A stretch of 32,000 bases of DNA from Demequinaceae bacterium (lineage in GTDB: Bacteria > Actinomycetota > Actinomycetes > Actinomycetales > Demequinaceae): the NCBI GenBank assembly GCA_965250005.1, contig OZ252279.1, positions 30,001 to 62,000 on the forward strand, given 5' to 3'. The notes under the pieces were generated by a model, which worked only from the letters and a program-made list of their open reading frames with translations, had not been told where the DNA came from and did not search any database. Positions within the stretch are counted from its first letter, which is position 1, and the number at the start of each line of letters is the position of its first letter. Below are positions 26,223 through 32,000 of the stretch, piece after piece. The translations under genes were made by a program, and so were the position numbers.

Positions 26223-26957
26223 GTGTCCGCGTTTCCTATCCCCACTGTCCGCGTGAGCTTCGCGCCCGGCGCCGTCGCGCGGATGGCCGCCCCGTATCTT
26301 GCCGTGGCGGTCGGGCTGCTGTGGCTGGGCAACGGGTGGATCGCGATACTTGGCTACCACGCGCAGATTTTGATGTGGCTCGGGTGGGACAGGTGGCGCT
26401 CGCGTGGGGTTCGCGCTGCGGACCCGGAACGCCGCGCCGCGCGGGCCCACGGCGCGCATCTGCGCCCGGCTGCGCTACCTGCAGGGCACGCCGCGCTTCG
26501 CGACTCGATCGAGGCGCTGTTCAGGCCGGGCCTGAGGGTCGGCGCGGTCCTGCTGACCTTCGCGCTCGCCGGGCCTGCAGCATACCTGCTGCTGCCGGTT
26601 GTGACATCGCAGGACGTGGGGCAGTGGCTAGGCGCTATGGGAATATCGGGCGTGGGATTCGCGCTCATGGTGCCGTACTTCGGCATCGTCCACCCGATCC
26701 TCGAGCAGCAGCACTGGGCGCCGCTCCGAGAGCGAACCTTTCTCTCGCACGGCGCGTTCGCGGGCTACCACGCGATGGTTCTCGGCTCCCTGTTAACCGA
26801 GTATCCGCACGCGGCGGTGATCACTGCGCTCGGGCTCGCATCGATCACGTGGGCGTGGATGGTGCGGCGGACCGGCGGGATCACTGCCGCCACGGTGTCG
26901 CACATGCTCGCCGATTTTGGCGTGGTGCTCGCCGCGGCGTACCTGATCCCGACCTAG
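26223..26957 (+). CDS. CPBP-family (CAAX/Abi-like) intramembrane protease homolog, divergent motifs
   Basis: The 244-aa hydrophobic protein has candidate motifs PILEQQHWAPLR (EExxxR-like), FAGYH (FxxxH) and SHMLAD (HxxxD/N). The start (GTG 26223) is uncertain. The family call is an inference from these degenerate motifs. Confidence 0.6.
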   Translation: MSAFPIPTVRVSFAPGAVARMAAPYLAVAVGLLWLGNGWIAILGYHAQILMWLGWDRWRSRGVRAADPERRAARAHGAHLRPAALPAGHAALRDSIEALFRPGLRVGAVLLTFALAGPAAYLLLPVVTSQDVGQWLGAMGISGVGFALMVPYFGIVHPILEQQHWAPLRERTFLSHGAFAGYHAMVLGSLLTEYPHAAVITALGLASITWAWMVRRTGGITAATVSHMLADFGVVLAAAYLIPT

Positions 26958-26964
26958 GCGCGAG

Positions 26965-27738
26965 TTAGACCGTTGCGACGGCGAGCATATCGCCCGTCGG
27001 GGCGGCGGAGCCACCGAATGGCTCGGACGTAATCGCGAGCTCGACCACCGAGCCCATGTCGCCGTCGACGAAAGCCATGACCGACCCGTCCTCGTTCGGC
27101 ATGAAGGTGATGCTGGGCTCGACCGTCCCGTCCTCGTGCACCATCCACAATTGATAGACGGAGCCGCGCCAAGGAACGTAGATCTCTTCGCACATGAGCA
27201 GCGCGCCGCCCTTGGACTCGCTCACCACCACGTACGAGTTGCCCCACGGCATCACGGACTTCTGCGCATCTTCCGCACCCATGTATTCGATCGCCTGCTC
27301 GGCGAGGGTGAGCGGCTCCGGCGCTTCGGCGTTCAACGTCGCGATGCCGACCCCGGCGATCACCAGCGCCGATGCAGCGGCAGCGCCGATCCACGCGACC
27401 GCAGTGCGGCGGAACCGCGGCTGGCCGTCACCCGAACGTCCACGGCGGCGAGAAACCTGGGGCGTGACGCGTGCTTGGGCAAGTGCCGCGTCGCGCAGCG
27501 ACGCAGGGGCGTGCGCGGTGGTGGTTCCGGCAAGCCACACGGGAGCCTCTCGCAGGGACGCAACCTCGACGGAGCAGTCGTCACATTCGCGCAGGTGCTT
27601 CTCGAACGCGGCGCGCTCGACGTCATTCATGGCGTTGAGCGCGTACGCGCCCGTCAACCCATGCAGATTCTCGGTTGCATACGTTGATGCGTCGGCGCGC
27701 GTATTGGCTGGCGCTCGGTCTTTGTTGTGGTCGCTCAT
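26965..27738 (-). CDS. rskA: Anti-sigma factor, RskA-like (N-terminal zf-HC2, one TM helix, C-terminal anti-sigma-K domain)
   Basis: The ATG overlaps the sigma gene stop (ATGA). HLRECDDCSVE is an Hx3Cx2C motif. The TM helix is AVAWIGAAAASALVIAGVGIA. The C-terminal YQLWMV...ELAITSEPFGGSAAPTG is typical of RskA. Confidence 0.85.
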   Translation of the reverse strand: MSDHNKDRAPANTRADASTYATENLHGLTGAYALNAMNDVERAAFEKHLRECDDCSVEVASLREAPVWLAGTTTAHAPASLRDAALAQARVTPQVSRRRGRSGDGQPRFRRTAVAWIGAAAASALVIAGVGIATLNAEAPEPLTLAEQAIEYMGAEDAQKSVMPWGNSYVVVSESKGGALLMCEEIYVPWRGSVYQLWMVHEDGTVEPSITFMPNEDGSVMAFVDGDMGSVVELAITSEPFGGSAAPTGDMLAVATV

Positions 27739-28418
27739 AGCGCGTCTCCCAAACTGTCGCGCAGACGGATCAGTCCGTCGCGCAAGCGGGTCTTGGCGGT
27801 GCCGAGCGGCACCCCAAGGCTTTCGCTCACCTGAACGTGGGTGAGCCCTCCGAAGTAGGCGAGGTGAATGGCCTCGCGTTGAAGTTCAGTCAGGTCGCCG
27901 AGCGCCTGGCGCACGCGATCCTGTTCCCAGTGGCCCTGGAGCGCATCGATCACGACGTCGTGCGGCTGTTCCGGAGTTTGGTGCTGACGGGCGGCGGCCG
28001 CGACGCGATTCTTGTGGGACTCCTCGCGGCGGACCTTGTCGACGGCCCGCCGGTGGGCGATGGTCATGATCCACCCGCGGGCTGAGCCTTTGGCCGGGGA
28101 GAAACGCGGCGCCGTTCGCCACACCTCGACGAGCGCATCCTGCGTCACATCTTCGGCGAGCGACGGCGAACGCGTCACGCGCAGTGCGAGCGAGTATACG
28201 GAGTCGGCGGTCGCGTCGTACAAGAGCTGAAAAGCAACGGCGGACCCGCGCGCGCAGCGGCTCATAGTCGACTCGAGGTCCGTGTCCGGAGCGCCGCCGC
28301 CCATGCCCTCGGGCGGCGCGTCCGTAAGATCAGGTTCGGAGACGGCGCGCGCGCCCGTGCCATCAACAAGCCGAAGCCTTCGTTGAGCGCCCACGCGCCG
28401 CCTCCTTCCCTGTCCCAT
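27735..28418 (-). CDS. sigK: ECF (sigma-70 family) RNA polymerase sigma factor, SigK-like
   Basis: Region 2 is DVTQDALVEVWR...RGWIMTIAHRRAVDKVR. Region 4 is LTELQREAIHLAYFGGLTHVQVSESLGVPLGTAKTRLRDGL. The start is uncertain. ATG 28304 or 28265 would remove a low-complexity N-terminus. Confidence 0.85.
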   Translation of the reverse strand: MGQGRRRRVGAQRRLRLVDGTGARAVSEPDLTDAPPEGMGGGAPDTDLESTMSRCARGSAVAFQLLYDATADSVYSLALRVTRSPSLAEDVTQDALVEVWRTAPRFSPAKGSARGWIMTIAHRRAVDKVRREESHKNRVAAAARQHQTPEQPHDVVIDALQGHWEQDRVRQALGDLTELQREAIHLAYFGGLTHVQVSESLGVPLGTAKTRLRDGLIRLRDSLGDAL

Positions 28419-28426
28419 TCGCGTTT

Positions 28427-28442
28427 ATCACTATGGAGTGAT
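28427..28442. promoter_or_regulatory. Perfect palindrome ATCACT-ATGG-AGTGAT just upstream of the sigma ORF
   Basis: Seen directly in the 55-bp gap between the dipZ-like stop (28474) and the longest sigma start (28418). This is an A/T-rich island in a GC-rich context. Confidence 0.3.
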
Positions 28443-28473
28443 TCGCAGTTAAGTAGATGACGGATTGCTCTAC

Positions 28474-30195
28474 CTAGCCAAACGTGAATGCGTAGGCTTC
28501 TATGCCCGGAGTGAACTCCAGGTGAAGGTAGTCGTTGATCGCGTCGCCCGCATACAGCGTGTAGAGCTTGGGCGTGCCGCTAATCTCAATCACCTGGGAA
28601 GAGTCCGGGTCCCCGTAGCGCGAGACCGTGAGCGTGCCTTCGCCACCGAGGACCAGGTGAACGTCGGCTGCGAAAAAGTGGAGAGTGAGTTCAGCATCCT
28701 CGACGGCTCGCGCGGCTTCCGCGTCAACAAACCACGTGCCGCCGAGCGAGAAGTAGTGGAGCGCAGGGCTGGGCTTCATGGTGAAGAGGAAGTCCACGCC
28801 GCCGACCCCGGTGTCGTTGTCGATGTACTGAATGCGCTCGTGGCCCAGGTAGGCCTCGAGCGATTGGCCGCGGGTCCCTCCAGCAAAGGGGGCGGTCACG
28901 GGATCAAGCGCGGGGGTCTCGAGAAGTTCCTGGATGAGGGCCTCGGTCTGGGCGTACGCGCCCTCGCCGTAGTGGACCTGGCGCACTGTGCCGGTCTGGT
29001 CGATCAGGTAGTGTGCTGGCCAGAACCGCTGGTCCCATTCCCTCCAGGTCTCGAAGTCGTTGTCCATGGCGATCGGGTAGTCGATGCCGAAGCGTTCCGC
29101 GGCGTCGACCACGTTGCCCTCAACCTTTTCAAACGCGAACTCGGGCGTGTGAACGCCGATGATTACGAGGCCTTCGTCGGCGTAGCGGTCGTGCCACTCG
29201 GTTATGTACGGAAAAGTTCGCTGGCAGTTGATGCAGGTGTACGTCCAGAAATCTACGAGGATGACCTTGCCCTCGAGGTCCGCGGCAGTGAGTGGCTGAT
29301 TGTCGGGAGTGTTGAGCCACTGAACGATGCCGGAGAACTCGCGCATCGGGCCGCAGTCTTGGAGCTGGTCGCCTGGACCCGCCTCACAGTCGTCAAAGGA
29401 CTTCTCGGATCCGAGGACGGGCTCGCGCACGGTGTTATCGTGTCCAGCGAGTGCGTCGAGCGCGTCCCGCACTTTGTCGTTGGTCTCGATGTTCTCTTGG
29501 ATACTTGCAAGAGTTTCGGGTACTACGCGCTGCAGCGGCTCGACCACATTGGTCGCGATGGCGATTGCTGTGAGGACCAGGATTGCACCGGAAACCTGGC
29601 GGATGCGGGGCAGCTTCTCGCGCACTGACGTGATGCGCTGACCGAGCGCGTGGCCGGCGAGCGCGAACACCATCAACGGAATGGCCACGCCCACGCTGAA
29701 CGCTAGCGTCAACGCCACGAGCCCCCACGACACCCCGCTGGTCGCGGCGAGCACGGTGATCGCGGCCAGAATGGGGCCCGCGCACGGGACGAACACCAGG
29801 CCGAGCGCGGCGCCCAGGCCGAGTGCACTTCCGTCTCGGTTGAGCCTAGGAATCCTGGCGTAGACAAACGGCCGCTCCAGCATGTGCGCGACGGCGGGAA
29901 TCAGCAGGCTAACTCCCACGAGGGCGATCGCGGTGATGCCCAGCCAGTGGAGCAGGTCGTCGGGAAGGTTCAGCAGGCTCAGCAGCGAGCCGCCGATGAG
30001 CGTAAACACCGCGAAACTGGCCACCAGACCCGTTACCACCAGCACCGGGCGTCTCCGAGACGTCGCGCCATCCTGCACGCTTGACGTGAGGATTGCCGGG
30101 AGCACAGGCAACACGCAAGGGGATACTGCGGTGATGATTCCGGACACGAGCCCAACAACGATGAGAGTGGTCACGTCTTTATCTTCGCGCTCCAA
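28474..30195 (-). CDS. dipZ: DipZ-like protein-disulfide reductase (CcdA/DsbD membrane domain fused to thioredoxin-like and C-terminal beta-rich domains)
   Basis: The membrane-domain cysteines are SPCVLPVLP and FVPCAGP. The periplasmic thioredoxin fold has WTYTCINCQR (CxxC). The track start is TTG 30195; an alternative is GTG 30174. Confidence 0.85.
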   Translation of the reverse strand: MEREDKDVTTLIVVGLVSGIITAVSPCVLPVLPAILTSSVQDGATSRRRPVLVVTGLVASFAVFTLIGGSLLSLLNLPDDLLHWLGITAIALVGVSLLIPAVAHMLERPFVYARIPRLNRDGSALGLGAALGLVFVPCAGPILAAITVLAATSGVSWGLVALTLAFSVGVAIPLMVFALAGHALGQRITSVREKLPRIRQVSGAILVLTAIAIATNVVEPLQRVVPETLASIQENIETNDKVRDALDALAGHDNTVREPVLGSEKSFDDCEAGPGDQLQDCGPMREFSGIVQWLNTPDNQPLTAADLEGKVILVDFWTYTCINCQRTFPYITEWHDRYADEGLVIIGVHTPEFAFEKVEGNVVDAAERFGIDYPIAMDNDFETWREWDQRFWPAHYLIDQTGTVRQVHYGEGAYAQTEALIQELLETPALDPVTAPFAGGTRGQSLEAYLGHERIQYIDNDTGVGGVDFLFTMKPSPALHYFSLGGTWFVDAEAARAVEDAELTLHFFAADVHLVLGGEGTLTVSRYGDPDSSQVIEISGTPKLYTLYAGDAINDYLHLEFTPGIEAYAFTFG

Positions 30196-30241
30196 CGCCG
30201 GGTGGATTGCTCCGGCGCCTCAATGGGTCGCTACCATCCGG

Positions 30242-31531
30242 CTACGCGTCCCGGGCGATGGGAGCAGTCATACAGTGGGCACCTCCCCGGCCGCGGCCCA
30301 GTTCTGCGCCTGGGATCTCAATCACTTCGATGCCAGCAGCCCTCAATGCCGCATTGGTGTATGTGTTGCGGTCGTACGCGATGACGACACCCGGTTCGAG
30401 GACAAACACGTTGTTGCCAGCGTCCCACTGCTCGCGCGCGGCGGTAGCCGGACTGCTACTTGCTGCGGGCCCGCCGGTCTCAACGACACGCAGTTTCTTC
30501 ATGCCGAGCGCCTCGGCCACGACGCCGGCGAGCGGGCGACCCTCCGGCGTCTCCTCGATGCCTCCAGTATCCGTGGGCCGCAGGGAGAACGGTTCGATGG
30601 CGTCCACGATGGGCGCGTAAGCGGTCGCGAGGTCACGGTCCGCGAGCGTGAACACCATGTCGAGATGCATGGCGGACCGCAGGCGCGGCAGGGGCGCGAC
30701 GATCATGCGGGTGGCGGCGCCCGCGGCGAATAGCGCCGCTGCGGCCGACCTGGCGCCATGGAGACTGGTCCGTTCGGACGTGCCTATCAGCACAACGCCG
30801 TCGCCCAGTACGAGCAGGTCACCACCCTCGAGAGTCACGGCGCCGGACAAGCCGTCGGCTCCCAATCCGGCCTCGCCCGCTGCCTGGCCAGTCTCGTGCC
30901 CGGGCGCGTCCGCCTCGCTGCTACGCCACCATTCCTGTAGGCCGCCAGCAAGTCCCGGGTGGTACCGGTAGATGGCTGCCATCAGCGAAGACTCAGGCTG
31001 GCGCGCGGCGAAGTGGAATCTGTTGAGCATGATGCCGCCGTAGATCCAAGACGCGATATCGCGCGGGTACAGTGCATTGGGCAGCGGCGGAAGCACAAAC
31101 GGGTCCTTTGGGCGGCGTGCTGCGCGCAGGTCGCCAGGCAGTTCCGCCGTCGCTAGCCCGCCGACTACGTGGCGCGCAAGGGTGGCGGCGGGCATCTCGG
31201 TCAGAAACGCGCGAAGTTCGTCAGTGTCAGTGTCAGCAAGCGCACGGTCGAGCACCCGGGCGCGGGCGTTTGCGACCGCGAGGGTCTCCGCCAGAACGTC
31301 TTCGAACTCGAGCACCGCAATCCTGCGTTCGCGCATCGCGCCAACGAACGCCGCGTGATCTTTCCGCGCGCGATCCACCCAGAGGACGTCGTCGAACAGC
31401 AGGCTTTCGCAGTTGGCGGGAGTGAGGCGTTCGTGTGCCAGACCCGGCGCATTCACGAGCACGGTCCGCAGGCGCCCGACCTCGCTGTGCACGCCGAATT
31501 CGTGTGTGCCAACCCGCTCCGCTAAGGGCAC
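30242..31531 (-). CDS. arcA: Arginine deiminase
   Basis: GTG start with GAGGAGG 6 nt upstream. The N-terminal [15 protein letters not shown] and the C-terminal catalytic Cys context [17 protein letters not shown] are arginine deiminase hallmarks. Confidence 0.9.
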   Translation of the reverse strand: MPLAERVGTHEFGVHSEVGRLRTVLVNAPGLAHERLTPANCESLLFDDVLWVDRARKDHAAFVGAMRERRIAVLEFEDVLAETLAVANARARVLDRALADTDTDELRAFLTEMPAATLARHVVGGLATAELPGDLRAARRPKDPFVLPPLPNALYPRDIASWIYGGIMLNRFHFAARQPESSLMAAIYRYHPGLAGGLQEWWRSSEADAPGHETGQAAGEAGLGADGLSGAVTLEGGDLLVLGDGVVLIGTSERTSLHGARSAAAALFAAGAATRMIVAPLPRLRSAMHLDMVFTLADRDLATAYAPIVDAIEPFSLRPTDTGGIEETPEGRPLAGVVAEALGMKKLRVVETGGPAASSSPATAAREQWDAGNNVFVLEPGVVIAYDRNTYTNAALRAAGIEVIEIPGAELGRGRGGAHCMTAPIARDA

Positions 31532-31606
31532 TGGCGCCTCCTCTCGACCTGTGCCGCGAGGGTATCATCGCCCGGCGCGTTCGCTGCAATGGCGACGCGG
31601 CTACAT

Positions 31607-32000
31607 CTAGCCAGCACCGTTGGGTGCCATTGCGTCGACGAGGTCGTTGACGCCAACCGAGGCAACCCTGACTCGACTGTCGCCAACGCCGTAGGGGATC
31701 CACAGCAGGTCGTCGTGCACAATCCCGCCGCATGAGTAGACAACATTCGGTACGTACCCTTCGCGGTCGCCGTCACCGTCAGGCTTGAGCAGCGGCTGCT
31801 TAAGGGACGCAATAACACGAGACGGATCGTCAAGGTCGAGCAGAATCGCGCCGATGGAGTAGCGGCGCATCGGTCCCACGCCGTGTGTCAGAACCAGCCA
31901 GCCGTGCTCAGTTTCTATCGGTGAGCCGCAGTTGCCCGTCTGGATGATCTCCCACAGCATCGTTGGGACGCGAAGTGGCTGAGGCTCGTCCCAGACGCGG
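31607..32000 (-). CDS. Glycoside hydrolase family 130-like protein, C-terminal part (5' end off the right edge)
   Basis: The frame stays open upstream of the track ATG to the window edge (RVWDEPQPLRVPTMLWE...). GSPIETEHGWLVLTHGVGPMRRYSIGAILLDLDDP...YVPNVVYSCGG...LWIPYGVGDS resembles the GH130/DUF377 beta-propeller C-terminus. Confidence 0.7.
   Translation of the reverse strand, partial: RVWDEPQPLRVPTMLWEIIQTGNCGSPIETEHGWLVLTHGVGPMRRYSIGAILLDLDDPSRVIASLKQPLLKPDGDGDREGYVPNVVYSCGGIVHDDLLWIPYGVGDSRVRVASVGVNDLVDAMAPNGAG

Noticed and set aside
24053-26968. ORFs 24053..25561 (+, 502 aa) and 25583..26968 (+, 461 aa)
   Set aside because: They are antisense to valS. The second is also out of frame with the hydrophobic CPBP-like ORF. 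Both have Arg/Gly/Val-rich shadow composition.
26223-27738. Functional pairing of the CPBP-like protease with the anti-sigma factor (site-1-protease idea)
   Set aside because: The genes are convergent, with stops 7 nt apart, so they are not co-transcribed. Adjacency alone is insufficient, and the CPBP motifs are degenerate.
28465-29628. 387-aa plus-strand ORF
   Set aside because: It is antisense to the dipZ-like gene, which has clear CcdA and CxxC thioredoxin motifs.

Overview
This is a high-GC Actinomycetota chromosomal window of core-genome character. I found no rRNA, CRISPR, IS element or prophage genes. The backbone is the conserved actinobacterial tig-clpP1-clpP2-clpX ... valS neighbourhood. 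The other content, left to right, is:
- a trmL fragment
- a MarR regulator translationally coupled to a fused ABC exporter
- a PH-like membrane protein
- an overlapping DUF2461/TfoX_N-like pair
- an M13 (PepO-like) metallopeptidase
- rpiB
- a same-strand string of cysK, cysE, a small ORF and a CoA-binding protein
- an SRPBCC + DUF1761 pair
- a four-gene double ABC-2 transporter operon
- divergent tRNA-Gly(UCC) and tRNA-Pro(UGG)
- two DUF4190 paralogs antisense between tig and clpP1
- an MFS transporter
- a CPBP-like protease
- a DipZ-like thiol-disulfide reductase followed by an ECF sigma (SigK-like) and an RskA-like anti-sigma
- arginine deiminase
- a GH130 fragment

The most interesting signal is not in the ORF track. 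It is an 18-codon polycysteine upstream ORF (MFSPSMCMCTCVGCCCCL, 7 Cys codons) in the 502-bp leader of cysK-cysE. Stem-loops begin inside its stop codon, which fits a cysteine-sensing ribosome-mediated attenuator. The same intergenic region holds further nested structure that this does not explain.

Secondary observations:
- an uncharacterised small protein wedged into the cysK-cysE string
- a recurring C-terminal E-C-(D/G)...C motif in three membrane proteins
- an Ala/Gly-rich insertion in ClpX of about 55 residues relative to E. coli ClpX
- an RGG/His-rich tail on the MarR regulator
- a 14-nt tandem duplication that creates a mini-ORF at an ABC permease start

All functional calls rest on my own reading of motifs. 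No database search was run.
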